Assembly (NCBI GenBank): GCA_958009085.1
Contig: OY253671.1
Coordinates: 434,001-498,000 of the forward strand
Direction of reading: 5' to 3'
From: Protoeuglena noctilucae
Lineage: Eukaryota
Length of the DNA: 64,000 bases
Below are positions 37,225 through 50,400 of the stretch, piece after piece. The first letter of the stretch is position 1. Each line of letters opens with the position of its first letter. A program made the position numbers and the translations under genes. The notes under the pieces were generated by a model. The model was not told the DNA's origin. It saw only the letters and a list, made by a program, of their open reading frames with translations, and did no database searches.

Positions 37225-37432
37225 GAAACTAAGCTGCTCGCTGCGGCGTGGGGTGATTGAATGGCTCTCGGCCGTGCTGGCCGGCGGGGCGGGGCGGAGC
37301 TCCCGACTCCCCGGGTGCGACAGTGGCGTTAGGAACTGGGAATGGGAGGAAACGGTGCGGCCCGGGCAGACGGGGCCAATGGCTGGCGAACGCAGCGCTC
37401 AATGCCCGGCGGTGCCTAAGGGGTCCCTCCCC

Positions 37433-39492
37433 TCACTTCCCCTTGGCCTTGCCGCCCTCGCCCTCGCTGGCGGGTGCGGGCGCCATGCTGGCGGCCTTGA
37501 GGAACGACCGCATCTCCTCCACGACGGCCTCGGGCTGGTCCTGCTGGATCCAGTGGCTGCACTTGTCGATGCACACCACGCGGATGTGCTCGCAGAAGCG
37601 CTCCTGACCCTTGAGCAGGTCGTGACCCAGCACCTGGTCCCGGTCGCTCCAGAGCAGGAGCGTAGGCACGGTGACCTGGGCAATGGGTGGGAGGAGGTTG
37701 CCAGGCCGTCGAGTAGACGAGAGCCGCATGCCTTGATTGGCACGCACGTGGCACGCAGCGAGCAGCGCGCAGCACGTTCGCCCTCGCCTTCTTGCGCGGC
37801 ACGACGGGGTCCAGGGGCATCCCCACGAGGCCCAGGAGGGTCTCCCACACCATGGCCCGGTAGAGGTTGAGGCCGGCTGCGGGGGTGACTCGCGGGTTGC
37901 TCAGTGCCTGCTTGAGGGCAGCGAAGGCGTGGGCGAAGGGCGCTCGTGCGCATGCGCACTGCACACTCACCGGACAGCGACCCGGGCGTGGCGATGGCGG
38001 CCTTGAAGATCTCGCGGTCGTGGTGCGAGACGCGGGACTGGTTGACGAGGCCCATGCCGGACTTCTCGTCCATGCCTGCGCGGTGACAGGGAACGCCACG
38101 GATCGTCGACAAAGTCACTGGCGCAAGTGGTCAAGTGGACAAACGACGGGGCGCCACCGCCCTCGCACCCGTGGCGACCCGCCAGTCCTTCGAAGCCAGG
38201 AAGATCTCTGGCAGGACGGGGAGCTGGAAGAGCACCATGTAGGACGACTTGAGGGCCTGGTTGAAGGTCATGTTGCGGAAGAACGAGGACGGGTGCGGGA
38301 CTGCGGGAGCGGGGCAGATGGCATCGTCATGTCCCAGGCTGTGCAGGGCACTTTGAGGGCATGGAAGCAAGAGGGCGATTGCAACCATCGCGGCGTTGCG
38401 AGGGCGACACCTGACATGACGATGAGGCGGTTGACCAGGGCCGGGTAGCGCATCGCCACGTGCCACGCCACAGCCGCGCCCTGCGAGGGGTGCATGCCAG
38501 CATCCGGTCGCAATTGATAACCAGGCGGACGCGGACGCAGTGCCTTGACGCCACTGTGGCGGCCTCGCCCCCGGTCCCCCGCTCCCGCACTCCGCCAGCC
38601 TACGGCAACCCCAGCCTCGCTCCCGCGCTCACCCAGTCGTGCCCCACCAGCACGCACGAGTCGTGGTTGAGGGCCTTGATGACGGCCGCCACGTCCGCGC
38701 TCAGCTTCCCGGAGCTGTAGTTCCAAATGCCCGCCGGCTTGGACGACAGGTTGGCGCCGCGCAGGTCCATGGCCGCGACCTGGTAGTCGTTCCCGAACTC
38801 CTGCGCGACGAAAGTCGAAGTCCACGCTCGCACGACTCGCTCAGTGCACGACTGCCGAGCCCCGCAGGCCACGCAGAGCCTCTGCTGGGACTGGCTCGGA
38901 GAGCAGGAGGGTGCGGCTGTTCCCTGGCCCTCGCCTTCATGATGTAGCGCCAGCTGTACCAGCACTCGGGGAAGCCGTGCAGGAAGAGCATCAGGGGCTT
39001 GTTGGTGGCCTCGTTGTCCACCACGTGCAGCTTGACGTTCTTCCCCACCAGGATAATCTGGCTGCGCATGCCCGGCATGAGCGTGAAGTCCGTCCGCATC
39101 TCGGACCGGTCCTTCTTCATCAGACTCCGGCCAAAGGACAGCAGCGCCTGCGGATGCTCCGGATGCGGGGCTCGATGCCGGTGCTCTGCCGCCATCGTCG
39201 CCCGCGCTGGTGGCGTGGGGCCGGAAATCGCGGCGCGGAGAGAGGTCCTTGAACCCCCCTCGACATCTGGATGTCGAGTGTCAGTCTCCAACCACATCTT
39301 CCGCGCAGACGGGGCCGCTCTGCGCGGCCGCAGCGCCCGCTGCGCGAGCCCATGGGTCGAGCGTGAGCGGCCCCTCACCTCCCAGAAGAGCATGGTCATC
39401 GTGAGCATGTTCATGAAGACGGATAGGTTGAATATGACCGTTGCTGCGGCCCCCGCGACGGCCCAGCGGAGGGCACGCTCGATCAGGCCCAT
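37433..39492 (-). CDS. Alpha/beta-hydrolase, epoxide hydrolase (EPHX3/4-like)
   Basis: LFLHGFPECWYSWR, AMDLRGANLSSKP, VLVGHDW|GAAVAW, TLLLWSDRD, CSHWIQQDQP; N-terminal hydrophobic segment. Confidence 0.88.
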
Positions 39493-40094
39493 CGTGCCTC
39501 TCCTTCTGTGGAACCCGCCGATCGACGCCTGGATGCTGGTGATGGGGTCAGTGCAAGGGTATGCAATGTGAACGAACGGCGTCGAGACGAATTGCACGCG
39601 TCTATCAGCACGGGGGGCTCGTTTCCCAGCGACGCCGCGTCCCGTGGGGTATCCCTGCCTGACCGAGACCTCGAGCGAGACGCTGGCTATATCCGGCTTG
39701 CGGACGCTCCGAATCGTCAAGACGGGCAAACAGGCACCCTCTCTGGTCCCCGCCCCCATCCATGCTGCCCTAGAGCGCGGCAATGCGCACCCTTCGTCGA
39801 GTAACGGCCAGCGACGCAAGGGGGCTGTTAGGGAGCCTGCTGTCGCGAGAGGCGATTTCGACAGGCGTCGCACGCGGGTCGCCATGGTGTGTGCGAGCCC
39901 TCGGGATGTGGGGGAGCTCGAGAGGGTCGGATGGGAAACACGCTCCATTTCTCCACGCGCCCTTTCTCAACCGCAGGGCTCCGCCTCTCACTAGTGTCGC
40001 TTCCACTTTCCGAGGCCGCCAGCAACACTCCGCCTTCCATCGAGCAGCGCTCCAAGACATCGCGGGGCCCCGCTCCACCCCGGCGCTGCGTGCC

Positions 40095-42484
40095 ATGTCC
40101 AGCCGAGCAGCCCAGAGCGCAGACTCGGCGGTGATGGCCGATATCAACAAGGAGGGGCTCGCGCAGGTGCCGGCTGCCCCGCGCACGCGGAGAGCGCGTC
40201 GGCCGGGGCTGCTGCTGCTGACTCCTCGCGTCCCCTTGCCTTGCAGTGGCTGACGGGCAGCCTCAAGAACCGCGACGTGCTTAAGACGGCGGCACTCGTC
40301 GGGGGCAACTGGGTTTCTCCCGGAGACGTCGTCGACGGCTCCCCTGTCAGCGGCACGTTCCCCGTGCTCAACCCAGGTGCGCCGCAACCCGCCCCCCGGC
40401 CCCGCCAGCGCTCCCTCGTCGCTGCCGTGTGTCCATCCGCTCCTTCCGCCTCCTCTCGCAGCAACCGGGAAGGCCATCGCGGTCATGCCCGAGCTTGGGA
40501 CCCACGCGACGGAGTCTGCCGTCCGCGCCGCGCACGACGCCTTTGGCCCCTGGTCCGCGATGCTGGCCAAGGAGAGGGAGAAGGTTATGCGCAAATGGCA
40601 CGACCTGATCGTGGAGAATCGGGACGACGTGGCCACCATCATGTCGGCCGAGTGCGGGAAGCCCTTCCGCGAGGCTCTGCTGGAAATCGACGCGGGCCTG
40701 GCATCCATCACGTGGTGCGCCGAGGAGGGCAAGCGAGTCAAGTGAGCCACGCGGAATCCCGCGCACAGCCGGGAGCTGCGCAGCGGTCGTGCTCGGGCGT
40801 CTGGCTGTGCAACGGCCACCCTCGCGCGTCGCAGCGGCAAGGTCATCAAGCCCACCGTGCAGAACAAGCGCATGCTGGTCATCAAGCAGCCCGTCGGAGT
40901 CGTTGGCGCCATCACTCCGTGGAACTTCCCATTCTCTATGATCACGCGCAAGGTGAGGGCGGTCTCAACCCCAGCCTCGCCCCCAGTGTCACGCATCCAC
41001 TTCGCCTTCCGCGCTCTGCATCGCGCGTCCCTGTGCTCCTCCGCAGGTGTCCCCGGCCCTCGCCGCGGGGTGCACGGTGGTGCTGAAGCCAGCCAACGAG
41101 ACGCCCCTGACAGCGGTGGCCGTGGCGGAGCTGGCGCGCAAGGCAGGGATGCCGGACGGGGTGCTGAACATCGTGTTCGGGTGAGAGTGGTTTGCGCATT
41201 CGAGAGGGGCGGGGCCGCGGGCTAGCAACTCGACAACAAGCGCGGCGTGCGGGTCATGCGCAGGGTGACGCCGGAGATTGGGGACGTGCTCCCCACGTCG
41301 CCCCTGGTGTCCAAGATCGGCTTCACGGGCAGCACAGCGGTCGGGAAGATGCTCGCAGCCAAAGCCATGGGCACGATGAAGAGGGTGAGATGGATGGAGG
41401 GCTTGGGGCATCGGCATGCCGTGCAACTGCACCTGCATGTGCATGGCGTCGCCTGATGCGGGGCTATCGTTCGGCGCGATCCGCAGATATCCATGGAGCT
41501 TGGCGGGAACGCGCCGTCCATCGTTTTCGCGGACGCGGACTTGGACCTGGCCGCACGCGCGACGGTCGGCTCGGCCCTGCGCAACGCGGGGCAGACGTGC
41601 ATCTGCGCCAACCGCATCCTCGTGCAGGAGCCCGTGTACGATGCCTTTGCCAAGAAGGTCGCGGAGGTGAGGGCCGCGCATGTCATGTTGCCTGGAGGCC
41701 AGGTGCAACGCGGTGGGTGGCCGACGAGGCCGTCCCTCGCATTCCCTGCCGCAGATCGTGTCCAAGATCCGGGTGGGTCCCGGCCTGTCCCCCGGCACCC
41801 ACATGGGCCCGCTCATCCGTGCCAAGGAGGTCGAGCGCGCTGATCAGTTGGTGAAGGACGCCGTGTCGAAGGGGGCCAAGCTGCTCTACGGAGGGCAGAG
41901 GTGCGGTGGCAATGGAGCTCGAGACATGGACGCAGCCGGGGTCTCAACAACCCTCAAGTTCCTCTGCGTGCGCTGACGTTGTCTTGGGCACGCCTTTGCC
42001 CTCGCAGGCCCCAGCTGACGGGCGAGGCGGCGAACGGCAACTTCTATCTCCCCACCGTGCTCACGGGCGTCACGACCGACATGCGGTGCTACCTGGAGGA
42101 GCAGTTCGCGCCGTTAGTGCCGCTGACCAGTTTCCGCACGGAGGACGAGGCGGCGGAGATGGCAAACGACACCGTGTACGGTCTCACGGCCTACATGTTC
42201 ACACGGGACCTCAACAGGACCTGGAAGTGAGGGCATGGTTTGGCAATTGCGCAGGCAGAGCTTCGCTTGCACTGGCAGATGATGACGACATGCGTCATGC
42301 CGCTCCACGCAGGTTCGCAGAGCGGCTGCAGTATGGCATGGTGGGGGTGAACGAGGTGGCCATCGTATCGGAGGCCGCGCCGTTCGGGGGCTGGAAGGAG
42401 TCGGGGGTGGGGCGGGAGAACGGCAGCGAGGCCATTGAGTATTTCCTAGAGACCAAGTACATTTGCATGGGCCTGGAGGCCTGA
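40095..42484 (+). CDS. SSADH: Succinate-semialdehyde dehydrogenase (ALDH5)
   Basis: [59 protein letters not shown]; the true start may lie further upstream. Confidence 0.9.
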
Positions 42485-42603
42485 TTGGACAAGGAGAGCA
42501 AGCTGCGCTGCAGCACATGTTGCGCCTGGCAATGCGGTGTCTGCTGGTCGTGGCAACGTTGGCACCCGCAAGAGACTTGAAGCGTGTGTGCAATGGTGGA
42601 GCT

Positions 42604-44057
42604 CTACGCGATCTTGTTCCGGTTGTAGTGGTCCCGGAGCTGGGCCAGAAGGGACAGCAGCTGCTGCTTGCCCAGGCCCTGCTCCGCGCTCGTCAGTATG
42701 CAAGGCGGCAGGTACTCCCACTCCTTGAGCATCTCCTTCTTGAACGCATCGACGTTGGCGCGGAAGTCCAGGCCCTTCTTCTTCTTGTCGCATTTAGTGA
42801 ACTGCAGCCACGAACAGCGCGTCACGTGAAAGGAGCACATTTGGCATACGATGACGGTAGCACGTGGCGCCGTGTGTGTGCCTCCGCTCACCACGAGGAT
42901 GAATGGGACCTGCGCCTCCGCCATCCACGTGAGGCACTCCATGTCGATCTTGGTGGGCGGGATGGACGCATCCACGAGCAAGAGGACCGTCACGAGGGTG
43001 TCCCGATTGAGGAAGTAGTCCTTGGTGAAGTCGTTCCACTTCAGGCGCTGCTCCTTGGCCACCTTAGCGTAGCCATACCCTGGGAGGTCCACCAGGTACC
43101 ATGACCCGTTGATGATGAAGTGGTTGATGCACCGGGTCTTGCCTGCGGGTGGTAGGGGCTGTGCCATGGACTGCGCGCGGAGGGCGGGAAGCGCCCAGCG
43201 CAGGAGAGCAGGGCGCAGCATGCAGCCACCGAACGCACCCGGCTGCTTTGACACCAGAGCCAGCTTGCGTTTGCCCGTGAGCATGTTAATGAGGGACGAC
43301 TTGCCCACGTTGGACCGGCCGATGACGGCAAACTCGGGGAAGACGGGTTTAGGGCAGGACTTGAGGTCCACGGCACTGGACACATACTCGGCCGTCTTAA
43401 CCTGCGAGGATAGCAGCTGCACCGTTGGCAGACGGCGCCAGCGCAGTGCCTGCCAGGCGTGCGCGCATCTGCTGCGTCTCACCTTCACGTTTGCGGGGGG
43501 TGGCAGCGAGGCAAAAAAGTCCTCGGGTGCCGAGACGTCGTACGAAGAGTCCGCGTCTGCTTCCTCCCCCTCGTCCCCTGGCCCCGCGTCATTCGCGGCT
43601 TCCTCCACAGCCAAAGCCTGCGGTAACATGAATCGTTCCATACGCAGTGATGTGACAGCGCGCGCCGGTCGCCGCGAGCAGCGGTCGCCAAGCTTAGGGC
43701 TGGCTCACCCGTAAAGGCTCGGGCGTCCGCCTCACGCGCCATACGGCATTCAGCCTCGCGCTGAGACTCAGATGCTTCGCTTCCTCCTTCCTGGACTGCG
43801 CAGCCGCCCCATAATCCCGGCAGAGACTGAGATACTGCCAGCTGAGGCACCGCCGTGCCAGCGTCCCTGCTGGGGCGTGAATAATGGCCCGTTCCCATGT
43901 TGCGGGGTTGATTGCAACGTTTTCTCACCAGCGTGCTCCACCCATGCGGCCAGAGGGCAAGGAAGTCACCTGGGTGGGACGCAACGGCACGTACCCGCCC
44001 CGGAAAGCCCAGGAGCCCCGCGACAGTCGCAGCCATGGCGCCGATGGGCTTACGCAT
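42604..44057 (-). CDS. EngB/YsxC-family GTPase, probably organellar
   Basis: PEFAVIGRSNVGKSSLIN (G1), PGKTRCINHF (G2), DLPGYG (G3), FTKCDK (G4). Start approximate. Confidence 0.88.
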
Positions 44058-44490
44058 GCATGACTTGGCGAGGACACCAGACAGAGGAAGGGACAGGCTG
44101 TTGACTGCGACGCAAAGAGAGACTGTGACGGCAACTCAGGGTACCTGGGGCTAGTCGGCTACTCCCCGCTCGAACCTCGCTTGCGTCTTCCGTTGATGGT
44201 GCTGCCCACGTTGTGACTCTCATCGGTCAGATGACCAACAGTTGGGTCAGGCGCGCTCCCCGCTCCGGCCTGACTGGAGAAGGGGGGGAGGGGCTGATTA
44301 ACCCGGGCGGCTGCTTGTGCTGGACTGAACATGCAGATGGACGTACGCATGCCCTGCCCCCTCTCGCAGCTTTTCGTCGAAGCTCCCACGCGCCACAGTA
44401 GCCGCCTCCCCCACAGCCCCCTGTGACACTCCCTTAGCCCCTACCACCTTCCCCCTTCATGTTTGACCAGCTCTCTTCAACGTGGGCGAC

Positions 44491-47400
44491 ATGCAGTCGT
44501 CGACCGATCCCGGGGCGGCGCCGGTGACCTCGCTCGAGCTCACCAGCAGCACAGACGCACTGCGTGTGGAGAGGAGGTGGGCGCCGATTGCAGAGGACGT
44601 TAGGTTTTATTCTAAACTATCGCTGGCATGCTCGGGCGGCGGCCCGCGGCCGCTTGCGACAGCGCTGGGCGATCGGGTTGAGCTTGGTGGAGGGCTCCTG
44701 TGCTCGCGCGGGCTCGCGGGGGCGGTTCGGGGACCTCACGGGGACCTAGCCGATCGTATCTCGTTCCCGAGAACGCTCTCGCGGCTGCGGAGATGCCGGC
44801 CGCCTGCTGGAGCGCTGACACGTGGCGCCCCTGTCTGCGCAGGGGCGAGTTCTCCGCGCGGTGCGAGTGGCGGGTATGCAACATCGCCAACGTGAAGCAG
44901 AAGGCTCTATGGAGCAAGTACTTCGCCGTCGCGGGCTATGACTGCCGCCTGCTGCTCTACCCGCACGGTGCGTCCCGGCAGCCTCCACCACCCTGCGCGC
45001 GCGGGCGGAGCCCGTTGATGCGGGCCCGTCTTGCGCCCCTTGTCTTCGTCCGCCATGTAGCGTCGCAGGGCGGTGCCGGCATTGGCAGCGGCAGCGCCAC
45101 GGAGGCAGCCACCCACCATGACTGCAGGGGACTCGCAGGCCCTCCCCGGATACATGTCGGTGTACCTCCAGGTCTCGGACCCGAGCAACGGGAGCGCCAA
45201 ATGGGACCTCTTCGCGTCGTACAGCCTGGCCGTGGACAACAGCCCCTCGAAGGCGATCCGGCGCGACTCATGGCACCGCTTCAGCACGCGGAAGAAGTCG
45301 CACGGCTGGTGCGACTTCGCCCTGGCCAAGGAGGTGCTGGATCCCGCGAACGGGTACCTGCGCGGGGACGACCTGGTCATCGCGGCCACCATCATGGTCC
45401 TGAGCGAGACCACCGAGTTTACCCGGGACGACACGATGGCGGTCGGCAGCGCGGCGGGCGCGCAGGACGTGCTGTCCGGGAAGTTCGTGTGGCGGGTGCG
45501 CAACTTCAGCCTCTTTCGGGAGATGATCCGCACGCAGAAGATCATGTCGCCCGTGTTCCCGGCGGGGGCGTGCAGCCTGAGGCTGAGCGTCTACCAGAGC
45601 ACCGTGAACGGCCAGGAGTACCTCAGCATGTGCCTCGGTGAGCGGCGAAGCACCGACGGCGCGGGCGTGCGGTGGCCGGCGCCGCGCACCCGTCTCGACC
45701 GCCTCGACCGCCCCTCCCCGCCATCCGCGCCTCGCATGCCCCATCGCCTCACTCTATCGCCCCGCTTCCTCGGTTTCGCAGAGAGCCGCGAGACGGACCG
45801 AACGCAGGCGGAGAAGACGTGCTGGTGCCTCTTCCGCATGTCGGTGCTGACCCACGACACCACGCAGCAGCCCTTCCACCGCGACTCGTACGGGCGCTTC
45901 GCGGGGGACCCGCGGTCCGGGGATAACGCGAGCCTCGGCTGGAACGATTTCATGGCCATGGAGGACTTCACGGACCCCGCGCGGTCGTTCCTGGTCGATG
46001 ATGTCGTGTCGTTCGGGGCGTCCTTCCACGTGATCAAGGAGAGCACCAAGTTCCTCGTCCTGGTGAGCTGCGGCATGCGGCGTCTCCTGGGAGGTGCAGC
46101 GGGGCTGCGGCGGACCGGGGCGCAGCATGGGTGCAAAGAGACGGGGCGACGGTCAGCGACGACGGCGCTTTGGAGTTTGGGCTGTGAAAGCATTGGCCTG
46201 GGTTTCTGGATCGCCCGCAGGCGCCTATCGTCCCGGGGCGTCCCTCGGAGCGCAAGGCCCGCCTGGTGACGGGGACGGTGAGCGACGCCTTCCAGGGCAA
46301 GCTCATCTGGCGCATCGACAACTTCGGCAAGCTCAAGGACATCCTCAAGAAGAGGCGCATCACGGGCCTCTGCATCAAGTCGAGGCGGTTCCAGGCGAGA
46401 TGCCCGGGGCTTGACAGCCGCCCCTGTGCTTGGACTGGGGCGTTGCAGTTCGCAGCTCACGATTGCCCCGCGTGCCCGGGCACCCTCGCAGGTCGGCGGC
46501 CGCGACTGCCGCCTCATCATCTACCCCCGGGGTCAGACGCAGCCCCCCGTGCACCTCTCCATTTTCCTGGAGGTCACGGACCCCGCCCCGCAGAACCACG
46601 ACTGGTCGTGCTTCGTTAGCCACAAGCTGGCCATCCTCGGCCACAAGTCCGCGGCGAACGGCGCAGACACGCAGGTGAGACCTCGAGTGGTGTGTTCTTC
46701 GAAGCGTTTGCCCGGCCCAGCGAGGAGGGACCTGTGGGCTGGGGTGGGTCTTGATGCGGCCGACGCAAGGGTCTGCTCCGCTCGCCGTACGTTGCAGGCG
46801 GGCAGCGTGGTGAAGGAGTCTCAGAACCGGTACTCCAAGACGGCCAAGGACTGGGGATGGCGGGAGTTTGTCTCCCTGACGCAGCTGTTTGACGCGGAGG
46901 CGGGGTTGGTGGCCAACAACGCGGTGGTCTTCTCGGCCGAGGTGCAGATCCTCAAGGAGTCGTGGGAGGTCGAGGAGATCGATCGCAAGACGTACATGAG
47001 CGCCGAGTACCGTGAGCGGGCCTGGCTGCGGCGCATGAGGCGTGGCTGCACGTGTGCCCGGGGTTGATGCTGGCTGCCCCCACCTTGGGGCCTCGCTCGA
47101 GCGACGAAGGGAGACTCCGGCAGCGACGTCGTTGTCTACTCCCGTCGCAGGCCAGGACGACGCGGACGCCCCCGTTGTATTCCCTCACGGCCTGGAGCCG
47201 TCCCCCTCGGACGTGCCCGTGACGCGGTGCCACTGGCGCGTGGACAACTTCGCCAGTTTCAAGCACATCATGGAGTCGCGGAAGATCTTCTCCCGCTTCT
47301 TCCACTGCCGGGGCTGCGACCTCCGCGTGGGCGTCTACGAGTCGTTCGACACCCTCTGCGTGTACATCGAGAGCGACGCGGGGTCCGCGGCGCTCCCCGG

Positions 47401-50400
47401 CGGCGCCACGCAGGCCGCGATCGCGCACCCGACCGAGGCGCCCAACTTCTGGGTGCGCTACCGGGTGTCCCTCGTCAACGCCCGCGACCCCACCCGCACC
47501 GTGTGGCGCGAGTCGACCATCTGCACGCGCAACTGGAACAACTCCGTTGTGCAGCTCGTCCAGGTGTCCGAGGCACTCGACCCGCGCGCCGGGTTCCTCC
47601 AGAAGGACGGCGTGGAGATCGTGTGCGACGTCCTCGAGTGCATGCCCTGGCTCGAGGGAGCGGACCTCGAGCCCTACTGCTCCGAGGAGGAGCCGGGGGA
47701 CCCCTTCATGTGAGGCGCTCGCCACGCAATGCCCACTGCATGCATCACACCCATGCCGGCATTGCCGCACCCGTGCCCGTGTCGGTAGCCAAGCTGTGTT
47801 GACCGGTCTGCTCGCCCCGTCTCTTGCAGGCCCGACTACGACGGCTTGGCCATCCTGGGCGGCCCGCTCGGCGCGGCGGGCGCGTCGGCGACCCAAGTGC
47901 CGGGCCACGACTCCCCCCCGCACTCCCCGGAGGCCCTGGTGGAGCGCCTCATCTGGCAGGCCGGCGTGCAGGCTGGCCAGGCCGGGCAGGGGCCCCTGGA
48001 CGTGCGGGCGCTGCGTGGGGTGCTGCGGGACAAGGTGCTGGGGAACCACGCTGCGGTGGCCACCTTCCTGGTCGGGCTGCAGAGCTACCTGCGGGACCCC
48101 GGCAAGGTGCAGCGGCTGCTGCTCCTTGGGGCGGGCGGGCTGCCCATGGCGGCCGGGGTGGGCCCGGACGGGACGCCGCTACCTCAGGGGCACGCGTTGG
48201 GGCAGGGGCAGTTGCACCTGATGGGCCTGCTGATGGGCGTGCGGGTGCTGCAGCAGGCGGTGGCGGATCTCCTTTTGGACATGTTCGTCGACTGCAGCCT
48301 GGGGCAGGGGGTGGCTGGGAAGGTCGCCCGCGCGATTCGGGCGCTGGGGACCGGGGCTGCGGGCGGGCGGCAGGACGGGTCAGCGGGAGATGGCGGGGCT
48401 GGTGCGGGAGATGCGCCCAAGGCAGAGGGGTCGGATGGGGCCGGGGCAGTCAAGGCGGGCGCGGAGTCGAAGACGAGCGCGGATGCGAAGCAGGAAGAGT
48501 CCCCAGAGGGCGCGGGGCCGGGAGGCGAGGCGGACGTTCCGGATGCGGGGGCGGCTCGCGTGGGTCCGGCAGAGGCGGCGTCGGGGGACGGCGCGGGGGG
48601 TGCAGAGGAGGCAACATCGTCGCCGGAGGACGTGCTGGCCGTGCTGGGCACTATCCTGGACGCCTCGCACGCGCTGGACCGGTACTCGCTGCAGGGCGGC
48701 ATGCTGGGCATGCAGGGTGGGGCGCCGAGACCCCCGATGATGGACAAGCTGCCAGGCATCCTGGCCGCATGCCCCGAGGTGCTGGTGCCGGAGGCGCTGC
48801 TGCTGGTGCCGCGGCTGCTACCCGTCAGCGAGCACGCCCAGGCCGCAGAGCACCTGCGGGGTCTGCTGGCGGAGGCGGCGGGGGGTGAGCGGGCGGGCCA
48901 CGTGTCGCGGAGGCGCGTGTCGGTGGCGGCGGCGGCCCTGGGCGCCCTGCAGAGCTTGCTGCTGAAGGAGGAGGACGCGGCGCTGGTCATGCGGCACGTG
49001 GCGGGGTTGATGCCCAAGCTTGGGCTGGACGTGGTGTACGCCTCGACCCTGGTGCTGCGACAGGCGGCGCTCTTCCCCGCCCTGGCCGTCGAGGCCGTCG
49101 GGATCGTCCGCGGCCACCTGCGCCGGCTGGCGGCGGAGGCGGCGTCGAATGCGGAAGCACGGCGGACGCTGGTGAGGGGGGGTGGGTGGCACGGGCACGC
49201 GTGGCTGGTGTGAGTGCTGGGGGCGGCTGAAACTGGGCAGGCGACAGGGTAGAGCCTAGCTTGTTTGCGTGGCACGCGGCGGTTAGGCCTGGGTGGTTGC
49301 TGCGATATCAGAGCTTGTGGCTGGGACGGCAGGCCAGGCTGGGAAGAACGCGTACCCTCGCTGCATTTGCTTTGACCCGCAGGCCAGCTGTCAGCGCGTG
49401 GCGCGGTTCGCGTCGGGGGGCAACGCGGGGGTGGCTGCGGCGATGCTCGAGGCTTTTGACGCGGACGCGACGGCCGCGTGCGCGCGTGCGACGGCGGGGG
49501 AGGCCGGGCAGGCACACGACACGTCCGGGGGCGCGGGAGAGGGAGGGAGCGCGCCGGCGGAGGAGGGAGCGCCCGGGGCGCCTGCCGCTGGGCGGGACGC
49601 GGCCCCTGGGAACGTCCTGGGAGAGGTGAGGCGCGACAGGGGCACTCGAAACGAACACCTGACGTGCACCAACCAGTTCCCCGGGTATCCTCTCGTTAAA
49701 ATTTGTGTTTGCTTCCCTCGCCCCAGGCCGACATCGAGTTGCTTCTGGAGGCGCTCAAGGGCGAAGACCTCGCGGAGCGGGCCGCGGAGACGGCGGAGCG
49801 CTGCGTGGAGGCCGGGGTTCTCGGGGAGGGGACGTTTCTGGCAGTCATGGAGCGCCTGGCTGCTGAGGACGCAGAGCTGGCGCAGAGGACGGGGGCCGCG
49901 GGGGTCGCGGGCGCCCGGGGTCCGGCGGCGCCGGGGGGCGGACGGGGCGAGCGGGGGGAGGGGGCGGAGCGCGGGGAGGGGCGGGAGGAAGGGACCGCCC
50001 CGGGTGGGGAGGTGGGGCTGGGAGGCGAGGGGCGGGAGCTGCCCCCGCCACCGGGAGACGCGCGCCGCGAGAGGGTCTCGTTGGACATCCCCGGGTCTCT
50101 GTCCTTTGCGGAGGCGGCGGTGGCGCTGGGGATGGGGCACGAGGAGAGCGGGGGTGCCCAGGGACAGCCCACGTTCAAGTGGAGCGTGGCCGGCCCCGGC
50201 GCTCGCTTCAACGGCCTCCTGCGCCTGGCCGATGGCCTCCTGGCCTCCCCGTCCGCCCGCGTGCGCCGTTTCGCGGGGTCGCTCTTTGGCGCCCTCGCCC
50301 GCATCTACGCGGCTGAGGACCTCCAGGTGACGAGGCAGAGCCCCGCTGCAGGGGCGTTGCTACATGTTAGCAGGCGCTGAGCGCGATTCGGATAGCCTCA